A stretch of DNA of 64,000 nucleotides. Source: Tubiluchus corallicola (lineage: Eukaryota > Animalia > Priapulida). The stretch is taken from positions 1-64,000 of the forward strand of contig JAQGDQ010000525.1 in assembly GCA_030141605.1 (NCBI GenBank), read 5' to 3'. Below, piece after piece: positions 14,966 through 28,610 of this stretch; the first letter of the stretch is position 1; each line of letters starts with the position of its first letter. The position numbers and the translations under genes were made by a program. The notes under the pieces are model-generated. The model ran no database searches. It was not told the DNA's origin and saw only the letters and a list, made by a program, of their open reading frames with translations.

Positions 14966-17900
14966 ATGAAATTCTTTGAGTGAATAAAAAGTTAAAGGAA
15001 CAAATGAATGACTGAGTGAATAAAAGAAAAAAGTCGAAAAAAGTCATAAAGAACGAACAAATGAATTGACGAATGATTTATGTAAACGAATGAACAAATA
15101 CGTATGAAATAAATGAATACATGATAGAATGAATGATAGAATGAATGAATGAGAATTCATGAACGAATGAACAAATACGTAAGAAATAAATGAATACATG
15201 ATAGAATGAATGAATGAATGAATGAAAGAGAATTCATGAACGAATGAACAAATACGTAAGAAATAAATGAATAAATGATAGAATGAATGAATGAATGAAT
15301 GAATGAATCAGAATTCATGAACGAATGAACAAATACGTAAGAAATAAATGAATACATGATAGAATGAATGAATGAATGAATGAAAGAGAATTCATGAACG
15401 AATGAACAAATACGTAAGAAATAAATGAATACATGATAGAATGAATGAATGAATGAATGAAAGAGAATTCATGAACGAATGAACAAATACGTAAGAAATA
15501 AATGAATAAATGATAGAATGAATGAATGAATGAATGAATGAATCAGAATTCATGAACGAATGAACAAATACGTAAGAAATAAATGAATGAATGAATGAAT
15601 GAATGAATGAATGAATGAATGAATGAATGAATGAATGAATGAGAATTCATGAACGAATGAACAAATATGTAAGAAATAAATGAATGAATGAATGAATGAA
15701 TGAATGAATGAATGAATGAATGAATGAATGAATGAATGAATGAATGAATGAATGAATGAATGATAGAATGATGAATGAATGAATGAGAATTCATGAATGA
15801 ATGAACAAACAAGTCACTGAGGAAAAATAAACCAAGAATAACAAAATGAATGACTGAATTGAAGGAACAAAAAAGCTAAGAAGCAACAAACATATAGAAC
15901 CCTCATTGAAGAAACTTGTTAAGAAATCAACGAAAAAAACTGGAACAGAATTTGAAAAGGCAAGCTGAGTAGATTAAAGGAAAAACTGACCCAATCGTAA
16001 ACTGTAGGCCAAAACTACTCTTTAAAATATTGAAAGGAAATGTACAATTTTTCTTTCAAAAAAGACTCACGTGAAAGAATTATTACCACACAAACACAAT
16101 TTCATGTTCACGCCTCTAGTTCTTCGCTGTTACATGCATTTTTCCAATCGCTAGTTAGATGGACACTAGCGCCTGTATTTTGGAAACGCACTGCGCAAAA
16201 ACAGATGCTGTACACCTCAATTCAGATGTGTTAGTTTGTGACGTATTGCAACCCGATCATAGAATATTCTGTGTTGTTGAAAAATACGATAGGTTATGAT
16301 GTAATCAATAGTTGGGTTCGCCTTTAATTAAGATTTAAATGATAATTTAACTACCAGAAACGCTTTGGCAGTATTAATTGTGTATACTTTTTACCATACC
16401 TGAAAATAGGATAGTATATAAAAAAAATCACCCTCACTTCCTTTAGGCGATTAGTAAAAGACTTCTCTTATGCCAATCGCTTAAACCACTCAGATTGTCG
16501 TTGTTGTTGTTGCTATTACTGCTGCTGCTGTTGTCGTCGTCGTCGTCGTTGTTGTTGGAGTTGTAGTTGGTGTTGTTGTAGTTGTAGTTGGTGTTGTTGT
16601 AGTTGTAGTTGTAGTTGTTGTTGTAGTTATAGTTGGTGTTGTTGTAGTTGTAGTTGTAGTTGTTGTAGTTGTAGTGTTGTTGTAGTTGTTGTTGGTGTTG
16701 TTGTAGTTGCAGTTGGTGTTGTTGTAGTTGTAGTTGGTGTTGGTGTTGTTGTAGTTGTAGTTGGTGTTGTTGTAGTTGTAGTTGGTGTTGTTGTAGTTGT
16801 TGTTGGTGTTGTTGTAGTTGTAGTTGGTGTTGTTGTAGTTGCAGTTGGTGTTGTTGTAGTTGTAGTTGTTGTTGGTGTTGTTGTAGTTGTAGTTGTAGTT
16901 GGTGTTGTTGTAGTTGTAGTTGGTGTTGGTGTTGTTGTAGTTGTAGTTGGTGTTGTTGTAGTTGTTGTTGGTGTTGTTGTAGTTGTAGTTGGTGTTGTTG
17001 TAGTTGTAGTTGTTGTAGTTGTAGTTGGTGTTGTTGTAGTTGTTGTAGTTGTAGTTGGTGTTGTTGTTGCCTTTGCTGCTGCTTCAATCAGCAGTTGCTG
17101 TTAAAACAACAGAATTTGGCTGCTTACAATGACGTAGCACCGATGATTGTATCATTCATTTCATTTCCTTTCTAGAACGTATTCTCTTTCCTGTCAATGC
17201 TATGACAGAATCACATGGGAAACGCCAGCAGATTATTGCAAGCAATTCAACATCCCCGAACTAACTGAGGCTGACTGTAAGTACGGAGTAGGCAAGGATG
17301 TTTGCGGATGCTGCGACGAGTGTTTAAAGGCAAGTTGTTATTATGACGAGTGTTGATAAACTTGTCAACTTTTGTTAATGATCGACTATAACTTGCTTAT
17401 CATGACTAAAAACAAATGATAGAATGAATGATCAAATAGAGAAAAAATAGAAATAACGCGGTAAAGAACGAATGAATAAATTAACGATTAGTTTTTAAGT
17501 CAATGATTAAGAAAATTGGTAAGTGAGCGGTGACATCTAGCAAGAGATTTCCGGCTCTATACTGATGCTGTATAACATTTGTTAGAATATTATCAATTAA
17601 TGTAGAGCTGTATGCTATAATTCGAGTACGACAAGTAATAACTGGAAAGAGATAGTTAGTAATAATAGTATCAAGAAACTCTGCCGTGTCTTGATGCGAA
17701 GAGTAATTTAATAAGTTCAAATTGTAGTCCCCTAATAAAAATAAATGCTTATTTTGTTTATTTATTATTGATAGTTTAGTAGTCAACTGATAGTTTAGTA
17801 GTAATTTAGTTCTAAGTTCGTTTAGAATGTAAGTTGATTTCAGTTATCGCCTTATCAGTATTTATAATTCATTTATAAGTCACTTATTTATGTATTTTTA

Positions 17901-19172
17901 TTTCTGTTTTGTATCTATCTATTTACTTTACACTACTACTACTGAACAGTACAAATATTATGTAATAATATTTACCCGGGTACTTTGCAGAAAACTGCTC
18001 AAACAGTGCTTCTAATCTCATTTGTCTGTGTAATTATCGTTAATTGTTTCTTGACTGTATATTGTTTTAACTTTGAGATATTTTGTATGCATTTCTCAGT
18101 CTGCGCCATGCATGCGTTTGCGCCGTCTGGTGGTGAGTCTTGAAAGCTCACACTCCTACCCTCCTCGAGGCTGATTTGCGCAATTTTCAAACCGTAAATA
18201 CCCGTTTTTATGATCATATTGGTATTATCATTATGTATATAGTGGTAATGTTTTGTGCTGTAAATCAGCCAAGTAAGAAAATAATTGACTTGAATTGAAT
18301 TGAATTGGATGAGTGTAACACACGTTGTTTGATAATTAATCACCAATTAACCATTGTAAAATTTGTGATTGATTCTGGTTTTCCGTAATTTGAATTATAA
18401 ATGATTCTGAGTATCGTGTACCCGCAAGTCCTACCTACTTGCCTAAAACGTTCACGTAATTTGGAGAATATAAGAAACTTTATTGCGCACTTTTTCTATC
18501 AACATTGAGCTGAGCAGGGGACAGTGCAGTTCTATTCATAGCCACCAGGCCAGCCAACCTACAGGTAATGTTATGACCTCCACTTTAAACTAGGAAGCCC
18601 ATCACATTACCTGCAATTGGTTGAGCAGTGGTTTCCTGTGGAAAGAACGAACACGTGACATCGTCAGTTGTCTTCTGGTTGTCGTGGAATGCACTTCTCC
18701 TGTCTGCCTGCCGAGTGTCGTGGATTCCGTAAGGTTTGAAGCATTGTCATCAGGTTATGTTTTTTCTATTGTGTTGTTCTTCTCAGCCGTCCCTTTGAAT
18801 TCTAAGTTTTGGTTTTGTTGTTTCTTTTTTTAAATTTCTGGAGTGTCGGTTATGCAGCGCTTACCCGCATCACCGATGGCGGGCCGTAAGGCTGTCTACC
18901 GGGTCGAACACCGGAACAATATGTTAGCCATAACACTTTATACTGAACTGATTATTTCTGACGGTGCAGTTTTCTTTCTTTTAACATTATAGGGTCCTGG
19001 AGAATCATGCGGGGGTCCGTGGGGCGCAAATGGTGAGTGTGGTAACGGACTGGAGTGCGTCAAGGAGGTTCTGACGGGGAACGAAGGGTATGATGCAGAG
19101 TTTGCAGATGGAACGTGCAAGATGAAGAAGAAGCCATTTAGCGCTTATTCTCACCCTCTCGCTTACGCTTAA
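14038..19172 (+). CDS. Secreted single IGFBP N-terminal-domain protein (SIBD-like), 126 aa; exons 14038-14084, 17176-17329, 18993-19172
   Basis: Spliced product MKGLLLAVVAVGLIAQTYSLSCQCYD...DCKYGVGKDVCGCCDECLK|GPGESCGGPWGANGECGNGLECV...GTCKMKKKPFSAYSHPLAYA*. The signal peptide and the CGCCxxC...GESCGG...C..GLEC cysteine pattern fit the IB domain, and exon phases are consistent. Confidence 0.9.
15060..15810. repeat. (GAAT)n-based minisatellite with higher-order unit
   Basis: Recurrent gaattcatgaacgaatgaacaaatacgtaagaaataaat separated by variable (gaat)n. Confidence 0.9.
16495..17070. repeat. (TTG/TAG/GTG) trinucleotide low-complexity tract
   Basis: Directly visible; intronic. Confidence 0.93.
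17481..17786 (-). mobile_element. Non-LTR retrotransposon (CR1/L2-like) APE endonuclease remnant
   Basis: LLGDYNLNLL, TR..STLIDNILTN and (D)HLPIF-like motifs of the LINE endonuclease C-terminal half. Confidence 0.8.
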
Positions 19173-19791
19173 CCCTTTCATACCCGTTGTATCCCGTGGG
19201 ATACGAGAATATTCTCTGCCTTTAAAATTAATAAATTTCTAAAACTGACAGTTATTTGATCTGTTAATAGTTATTTTGATTTAAGTCAATAACAATAGAC
19301 TAAAAATGCTGATAAAATGGCAAACTAGAAAATCTACATAGCATAAAAAACTGTGCAAGGTACAGTACTTTAGAGATGACTTTGTACAGATCAGCGCAGC
19401 GTGCATACTAAATGTCTAATAGCATAAAAAACTGTGCAAGGTACAGTACTTTACAGACGACTTTGTACAGATCAGCGCAGCGTGCATACTAAATGTCTAA
19501 TAGCACAAAAAACTGTGCAAGGTACAGTAGTTTAGAGACGACTTTGTACAGATCAGCATAGCATGCATACTAAATGTCTTAAATACTTTAAAAAATTATC
19601 AGCAGTTGCAAAATGAAGCACATTTTATGCTTCCATTCAATCCCAATGTATCCCGTGGGATACAGACTATATTTAGCACGCGGGTACAGGTAGAAAATAT
19701 TATTATACCGTGTAAACAAGATGGACATGCTGAACAAAAGTACCAAGCCAAATTTTTTTCTTTTTAAAAAAATAATTTGGAACTGAAAGTT
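19173..19791 (+). mobile_element. piggyBac-like MITE copy 2, with internal 81-bp triplication
   Basis: TTAA-CCCTTTCA start, degenerate end followed by TTAA (19792-19795); colinear with 8896-9355; 81-bp unit starts at 19338, 19419 and 19500. Confidence 0.85.
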
Positions 19792-20389
19792 TTAATAAAA
19801 GAGCGCTAACGCGAACAACTTTATAAACAGGAAGGCTTAAAATGCGCTGGCCTATTCAAACTGTTTAAAGGCCAAAACACGAGACATAACCATGTATTAA
19901 ATACAATCATTAAATTTGTTATTTTTATTCATATTTATTATTATTTTCTCCAGTCTTTTGTTAAACTCAACAAAATGCGTATTAAGTGGTGAGGTTATAT
20001 TAGATGGTGTTGGAAACGACTTGGAAATAAACATTATTTTGCTATTAAGTTATAGCGTACTATTAAATTTAATTGTATCCTAATTGTAATCTTTTATCTC
20101 TTCAGCATGTATTTTTACATTACAATTTGCATTATTATCTTTAACTATTATGCCCTAAAAGTTGAAAAAAACGACTTAATTTACAAGAGAGAGAATTATA
20201 GAAAAACAGGGAGTAGTTAAGATAAAATAATAGACAGAGATAGAGAAAAAGAGAAAAGAAATGAATTAGAAAGAAGTTCATCAGAGACAAGATTTAAAGC
20301 AATGTAGGAAAACCTAATTAACCCCCTTTTCTCTCTGTTGAAAAAGTGAATTGCAATGTATTGAATGTATTGAATGTATTGTATGTATT

Positions 20390-21946
20390 GGTTCAATGTA
20401 TTGAAATGTACCATCTCCTGCTTCAATGTACTGAAATGTACCATCTCCTGCTTCAATGTATTGAAATGTACCATCTCCTGCTTCAATGTATTGAAATGTA
20501 CCATCTCCTGCTTCAATGTATTGAAATGTACCATCTCCTGCTTCAATGTATTGAAATGTACCATCTCCTGCTTCATGTATGGAAATGTACCATCTCCTGC
20601 TTCAATGTATTGAAATGTACCATCTCCTGCTTCAATGTATTGAAATGTACCGTCTCCTGCTTCAATGTATTAAAATGTACCATCTCCTGCTTCAATGTAT
20701 TGAAATGTACCATCTCCTGTTTCAATGTATTGAAATGTACCATCTCCTGCTTCAATCTTCTGCTTCAATGTATTGAAATGTACCATCTCCTGCTTCAATG
20801 TATTGAAATGTACCATCTCCTGCTTCAATGTATTGAAATGTACCATCTCCTGCTTCAATGTATTGAAATGTACCATCTCCTGTTTCAATGTATTGAAATG
20901 TACCATCTCCTGCTTCAATCTTCTGCTTCAATGTATTGAAATGTACCATCTCCTGCTTCAATGTGTTGAAATGTACCATCTCCTGCTTCAATGTATTGAA
21001 ATGTACCATCTCCTGCTTCAATGTATTGAAATGTACCATCTCCTGCTTCAATGTAAAAATTGTAGCTTTAAGCCTTTATAGGTGGATTGGGCCTGTTGGG
21101 TGAATATTTTCGTTTAATGTGGTGAAAAATAAAAAAATGTGATGGGACTACTGTATTTGGTTTGTTTTTAACAATAGTGATATCATTATCAAAATCATAA
21201 AAAAACAAGTGAAAGCTATGTATCGTTAACGTGCTGCAATTTCGTATCCCACTTCTGACACCAGTGTGATGCCATCTATGACAGCGAGGATTCATAATTA
21301 ACTAAAGAAAATTATAAAAAGAAAGAAAAGAAGGAAAAACAGCAAAATGAAACAATTAGCAACAGTTTATAGCTGACACTTACGCGTTGAGTCGAAATGC
21401 AAACCAAAGGGTTAAACCAAAAATGACTGAATCACGACTGACTTAATAACAGCAACCAAGAAGAGAAAAACAAAATGAAACCGAAGCCGAACATGGCCGA
21501 GAACTCACTGCCCTCGAATCTACGAGAACAGGTTACACGCTCGAGAAAATTGGCCTAGAAAACTGAGCTCTGATTGGCCCACGCAATTTTACATTCAATA
21601 CACTACATTTTCACGAAGCCCGTGACGGTTTAATCCTGCGACCCGCCATACTATGTATCGTTATCGTTCTGCAATTACGAAATTTATGTTGCGGCTTTAA
21701 GCCGAAGGTTACATTGTGCTGCCATCTGTTGCAGAAGCAACGAACAATGCAATGTAGATTAGGTCTGCTTAATATTAAAACGAAATTATTTTGATCTCGC
21801 TAAAATAAACCACTAACCCCACCGTCGTAACGCAATGCAACCGTCAAAAATAATTAAAATATGGTCCTATGATGATAATTATAAAGGTGTCCAAAAAGAG
21901 TTGTATTAAATAGTATCAAAATCATTATCATCATCATGATCATCAT

Positions 21947-21987
<41 letters not shown>

Positions 21988-22074
21988 GCATCGTCAACAT
22001 CATCATCATCACTACTGCCGTCGTCACGTCGTTGTCACGTCGTCGTCATCATTATCATAATGAGCATCACCCCC

Positions 22075-22125
<51 letters not shown>

Positions 22126-22330
22126 CCATTATATGTTCCTTAGGCCTGTTGTAGACATTGGGCAGGCAGAATGTTAATGGCACGTTCAGACTTGCTAGTT
22201 CTTTTGCCAAGCTAACTCGCCAAGTAACTCGTCAAGTAACTCGCCAAGTAACTCGTCAAGTAACTCGTCAAGTAACTCGCCAAGTAACTCGTCAAGTAAC
22301 TCGCAAGCATGTTCAATTAGTGTCGGAGCA
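20390..22330 (-). repeat. Composite dispersed repeat, inverted copy of 2735-4422 (30-bp satellite at ~20390-21053)
   Basis: Reverse-complement colinearity over ~1.1 kb of unique sequence plus the satellite. Confidence 0.9.
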
Positions 22331-22427
22331 GCTTACATTAACTTTAACTAGCAAAGCAGTCCACACTTGCTATTTTGCTGTTAGAGAGAAAACTCACCAC
22401 AGAAGACTTGATAGTCTGAACGCGCCA
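22178..22427. mobile_element. PIF/Harbinger-like MITE (250 bp) with internal 12-bp repeats
   Basis: TAA|TGGCACGTTCAGACT...AGTCTGAACGCGCCA|TAA: 15-bp TIR and TAA TSD; internal (caagtaactcgy)n. Confidence 0.75.
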
Positions 22428-22711
22428 TAATACCATTATCATCAGTACGCCCTTATTTTATTGATATTATTAAGTGTTAGGATGTTGTGTAACTTTTGTA
22501 TTGTATATAGTTTTGTGTTGATCGTTAATAAACTAAACTATAACATTACTATATTTCTTGTTCAGTGAACTATTCTTAATCTGAAACTAATTAAATTGCA
22601 AAATCATTAATGCAGATGAATTACGTTATAAACAGACGTAATTTACAGCAATTCTAATTAATTCTAACTCTAATTCTAATTCTAACTAAGAATTCTAACC
22701 ATGCATAATAA

Positions 22712-23006
22712 AAAAATGAAGATTTATACGCAAGAACGAAAGAGACTTCTTGGTGTTCGAAAGTCAAGATCCGGACATTAAGATGGCTAGGACGTCTTCT
22801 AAGATTAACAAATGAAGCACCAGTAAGAATCGCCTTAAAGGAAACAACTTGGATAGCTAAGATAAATAAAGATGTTCAACAACTTCAACCAAATCTACCT
22901 TCAGGAATAAAAGAACTTACGCTGTTAGCTGCAGATAGGAGTGGGTGGAATACTCTAAAAATGATAAAGCCTCAATATCAACAATAGATGGAAAGGGATC
23001 TTGAAG
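22712..23006 (+). mobile_element. RTE-clade LINE 3' end remnant
   Basis: Translates to KNEDLYARTKETSW..KIRTLRWLGRLLRL..PVRIAL..TTWIAKINKD..LAADRSGW, the typical RTE ORF C-terminus. Related 3' pieces lie at ~23372, 26207 and 26665 (the last ends in (GAA)n). Confidence 0.75.
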
Positions 23007-23512
23007 GACCCTATATGTTATAGTGGCAGATTGCAATTCATCACTCTTGAATGTTATTGTATTATTTAAACATCACTTTCTGTTGGCACAAGTGTTTGTG
23101 GTGTGTTACACAGCAGTTGACATTCACAGCAACTGTTTGTGGTTTGTTAGACAACAGCTAACATTCAACGTAACTATTTATGGTGTGCTAACTGCAATTC
23201 TTAAGCCATTAGTCGTTCTAAGTGATTTGATAAAGGAAAACTGGACCCAATCGTAAACTGTAGCTCAAAAAAATCTACCCTAATAATAAAATCAAATGTA
23301 ATAAAATAATAAAAACAAGACGTGCAGATAAGAGAAACGGAAGTAATAATACAACTCTAATAAATGTTGATGTCTCAATGTCTATAATAGATGGAATGAG
23401 ACTTTGAAGACGAGTTTTAAAAATCAATAATAATAACAGAGAAAAATATAACAATTGAAAATGTAGTAAAAACGCAAAAAAGTATTAGCTTACTATAACA
23501 CATTGTACTTAA

Positions 23513-26500
23513 AGGACAAGAAAAGGGACACCTGAAGTAGGTTTCAGAAAAATCGCCTTAAAATTATACAGCAATTTTATGCGTATATCTTACTCGCACT
23601 GAAAGGAATTTTAGTTTGTTTTCATTTTAAATCTCCCGCAATGCTGTTCCGAAGTCGCCATTACATGACGTCATGTACCAAACGTAAATCAAGGGAAGAA
23701 AAGGAAATGTTAAATTATGTCTCAAAAGACTTTCCTTGCAAATCTATATTACTTAGATTTTCGCTTACCTACTAGAAAGACTTGTGTAACTAGAATAGAA
23801 AATTATTAATTATTTAAAATGTTTTCACCAATTGGTAAAATGTCGCTGACTCACCCTCCAGGGTGCACCACTTACTAACTTAAAAACGCATTTTTAATCT
23901 TATTGACAAGATACAGGAATTTTAAATTTTATTTAGTTAGTGTCTTGACTGCTACGTATGCTCTGATTATTTTTTCAAACTTTGTTTCAAATGACCTGTC
24001 GTGAAAATGGCTGCGTCTAACGGTCATCGCGGGAGTTTAAATTTACATGTTTTATACAGCGTGACTGATTGAAGTCCTGCATGCAAAAAGGCAGTACGTA
24101 AGGGATATAAAATTTCAAGACGAATTTTTCAAGCTTGATGTTTATGAAGGGTTTCCTTGTGCTTTAATGCTGACGGCTACGAAATAAGGAGCTTTTCGTC
24201 AGAATTACAAGCAAATTATTTTCCATATTAATTCCTCAATGTCTACAACACTTCAGACAAAAAGTCAGACCATTGGTCCAGGTAGAACTGGTCGTCGACT
24301 GGTTTTCCACTACTATTCAGCGATAATTTGAGTCCTATTCTGCAAGTAGAAATATGGTTACCAAACACTTGCTTCTTGGAATGTCAAGACAGTGTCATCA
24401 CAGCGAACAACGAATAAACAAAAGTAGACAAAACCATTGTCTTTGTGATAAATCATCTCACTGCATACGACGGCCATTAAAGACAGGTTCACACCAAACT
24501 TGGTGTTCAGCCATATAAAATAACCTCAGGATGTGGACTAACCAGCAAAACTCCACCACCCTGTAACTTTGACAGTCAGAACATATCTAGTGTAAAACAC
24601 GAACTCTGTAGTAAGATCCCAAAACAGGTTGAAGCCATTTGCTATTCGAATTTTCAGGTAACCTAATTACAGGTAAGCAGACAAATGAGGGGCCAGAGCC
24701 ATCTAGTGTCAAAATCTCACACACACGACATCATACGAAAGATATATCAAAATAGGTGTTGCGACAATCATGGGTGGTATAACCGATCATCACGGATGGA
24801 ATGAGAGTTTGAAGATGTAATGAGAATGACAGTTACTTGATGAAAAGAAAAACAAACACTCTACATCTCCAGTAATACTAAAGTGTGTCAAGACATCTAC
24901 AACACTTAAAAATTAAAGGACAAGAAAACACTGTTCTTAAATAAAAGCTAAAAAACAAACACTCTACATCTCCAGTAATACTAAAGTGTGTCAAGACATC
25001 TACAACACTTAAAAATTAAAGGACAAGAAAACACTGTTCTTTAATAAAAGCTAAAAAACAAACACTCTACAGTTCCAGTAATACTAAAGTGTGTCAAGAC
25101 ATCTACAACACTTAAAAATTAAAGGACAAGAAAACACTGTTCTTAAATAAAAGCTAAACAACAAACACTCTACAGCTCCAATAATACTAAAGTGTGTCAA
25201 GACATCTACAACACTTAAAAATTAAAGTACAGGAAAGCACTGTTCTTAAATAAAAGCTAAAAAACAAACACTCTACAGCTCCAATAATACTAAAGTGTGT
25301 CAAGACATCTACAACACTTAAATTTTAAAGTACAGGAAAGCACTGTTCTTTAATAAAAGCTAAAAAACAAACACTCTACAGTTCCAGTAATACTAAAGTG
25401 TGTCAAGACATCTACAACACTTAAAAATTAAAGTACAGGAAAGCACTGTTCTTTAATAAAAGCTAAAAAACAAACACTCTACAGTTCCAGTAATACTAAA
25501 GTGTGTCAAGACATCTACAACACTTAAAAATTAAAGGACAAGAAAACACTGTTCTTAAATAAAAGCTAAACAACAAACACTCTACAGCTCCAATAATACT
25601 AAAGTGTGTCAAGACATCTACAACACTTAAAAATTAAAGTACAGGAAAGCACTGTTCTTTAATAAAAGCTAAAAAACAAACACTCTACAGCTCCAATAAT
25701 ACTAAAGTGTGTCAAGACATCTACAACACTTAAATTTTAAAGTACAGGAAAGCACTGTTCTTAAATAAAAGCTAAAAAACAAACACTCTACAGCTCCAAT
25801 AATACTAAAGTGTGTCAAGACATCTACAACACTTAAATTTTAAAGTACAGGAAAGCACTGTTCTTAAACAAAAGCTAAAAAACAAACACTCTACAGCTCC
25901 AGTAATACTAAAGTGTGTCAAGACATCCACAACACTTAAATTTTAAAGAACAAGAAAGCACTATTCTTAAATAAAAGCTAAAAGAATCCGTCTCGAAATT
26001 TTGTATCACTTACATGCTGTCTTAATGCATACGGAACGTGTGTCAGCAGTAACGCTGTATAAAACTTGTAAATTTTAACAGCTGCATTCACCGTTAGGTG
26101 GAGCCATTTGAACGATAATTCACTTGAAACAAGTTTTAGTAAAATTGTGTGACGTTTGAAAAATGATCAGAGCATTTATCTATTCTGATTATTTTTAGCT
26201 GTGAGTTACGCTGTTAGCTGTAGAAAGAAGTGGGTGGAATTGCCCTGGAAATTTTGCATTAGCCTGCTTGGCGGCCTTCGCTTGTTGTTGGCTTTGCCCA
26301 CCTTATGGTCATTTTTGGCCTAATCACGTGATCAATTTGATCTGGTTCGGGGCCTACTGTTTACAATTGTTTATGATTTGGGGCTAATAACGTATGTATA
26401 TCCTCTAATTACTTTAATAAACTTAAATTTACTTTAAAATAACAGCTAGGTCTTAATTAATACAACAATGCATTGTATAACTCTTAATTATGTAAAATTG

Positions 26501-27497
26501 ACTTTTGACCATTGTTATTTTTTGTTATTTTTGGCACTAATTTCTTATGTTTAGATGGAATGACATGTTTTGGCAAATAAAGAGCAAAGAAAGAGCAAAA
26601 TTTAATCGAGCTTCGAATTTGGTTTTTGAAAGCCCAAACAGGAATACTCTAATAAATGTTAAATCCTCAGTGTCTGCAATAGGTGGAATGAGACTTTGAA
26701 GAAAAAGAAGAAGAAGAAGAACTAATTCTAAATGAAATTCGTCGTAGGTTATGACGTCATTGTTGCAGTCATATTTATAAGTTGCTGGACACTTTATACA
26801 CTTTGTTTTTAAAGCACAAAAAACCTTCATAGACATAAAACTTAAAAAATTTGTTTTGAAATTTTTATATCACTTACATACAGCTTTTTTTTGCATGTAA
26901 GACTTCATTCGGCAGTCACGCTGTGTAAAACATGTAAATATAAACTCCCGCGATGACCGTTAGACGCAGCCATTTTCACGACAGGTGATTTGAAACAAGT
27001 TTAGATAACATTTTGTAAAGTTTGAAAAAATAATCAGAGCATTCTTAGCGCACACGTCACTAACTAAATAAAATTTTAAATTACTGTATGTTGTCAATAA
27101 GATTAAAAATACGCTTTTTGGTTAGTAAGTGGTGCACCCTGGAGGGTGAGTCAGCGACATTTTACCAATTGGTGAAAACATTTTAAATAATTAATAATTT
27201 TCTTTACTAGTTTCATAAGTCTTTCTAGCACGTTAGCGAAAATCTATGTAACATAGATTTGCACGGAAAGTCTTTTGAGACATAATTTAACATTTCCTTT
27301 TCTTCCCTTGATTTACGTTTGGTACATGACGTCATGTAATGGCGCCATCGGAACAGTATTGCGGGAGATTTAAAATAAAAACAAACTAATATTCCTTTCA
27401 GTGCGAGTAAGAAATACGCATAAAATTGCTATAAAGTAATATAATTTTTTAAGGCGATTTTTCTGAAACCTACTTCAGGTGCCCCTTTTCTTGTCCT
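23513..27497. mobile_element. Non-autonomous Kolobok-like DNA transposon (~4 kb) with ~570-bp TIRs
   Basis: TTAA|AGGACAAGAAAAGGG...CCCTTTTCTTGTCCT|TTAA. 23513-24085 matches the reverse complement of ~26890-27497. TTAA TSD with RR..YY ends fits Kolobok. Confidence 0.75.
24849..25983. repeat. 103-bp tandem array, ~11 copies
   Basis: Unit aaaacaaacactctaca...cacttaaaaattaaaggacaagaaaacactgttcttaaataaaagct. Confidence 0.95.
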
Positions 27498-27862
27498 TTA
27501 AGTAGTTTGTACGCGTAAAAATACGGTCCTTGCAATTAGGCAGGACATTTTTGTAAATAATGTTCTCCCCACTAAAGAGTTATAATGACGCTAATAATGT
27601 CCATTACGCCTGTTGTAGACATTGGGGCAGACAGAATTCTAAAATGAAAGAAAATGTAGGAAAACAATTCTAGAAACACGTTCATTTGTAAAAAAAAGTT
27701 CTAATCATATAACCGCTTTTTTAGAACTTGGCTTTATTGATCACTTACGTCTGGAATAAAACGAAAATTCCATTTCATTGTTGAGAAAGTTCTCTCTTCG
27801 TTTAATAGCGTCGTTCTTTGGCAACTAGAATTTTCCAAATCGCATTTCTGTGTGAGTTTGAG

Positions 27863-28360
27863 ATGGAATCAGGACAAAATATTTTTAGTGTTTCGCTTTT
27901 TTGTATCGCTTCCTTTTTAGTTTGGCCCTGCGAAGGTGAGTTTGCTGGCCCGTTAAGGCACGCTGTTTGTATTTAAAGTGTTTATTTTATATACACATAA
28001 TATAAGTAAATGAGTGGATGAGTGAGTGATTACTTATTTAGTTAACTTACTTTAATTGATAAATAAATTAAGTATGTAAGTAAGTAAGTAGGTAGGTAGG
28101 TAGGTAGGTAGGTAGGTAGGTAGGTAGGTAGGTAGTAGTTAGGTAGGTAGGTAGGTAGGTAGGTAGGTAGGTAGGTAGGTAGTTAGGTAGGTAGGTAGGT
28201 AGGTAGGTAGGTAGTTAGGTAGGTAGGTAGGTAGGTAGGTAGGTAGGTAGGTAGGTAGGTAGGTAGGTAGGTAGGTAAGCAAGTAAGTAAGTACCTACTT
28301 ACTTACTAATTTTTCTACATGCTAACTAACAAACAAACAAACAAACAAACAAACTAAACT

Positions 28361-28393
<33 letters not shown>

Positions 28394-28394
28394 T

Positions 28395-28484
<90 letters not shown>

Positions 28485-28537
28485 CAACCAACCAACCAAC
28501 CAACCAACCAGCCAACTAACTAACTAACTAACTAACC

Positions 28538-28610
<73 letters not shown>

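Noticed and set aside
16443-17087. PolyQ/H/N 214-aa ORF
   Set aside because: Trinucleotide low-complexity tract antisense within an intron; no splice signals or unique coding part.
24100-24800. Transposase ORF inside the Kolobok-like element
   Set aside because: No open frame of 60 aa or more and no motif I can recognise.
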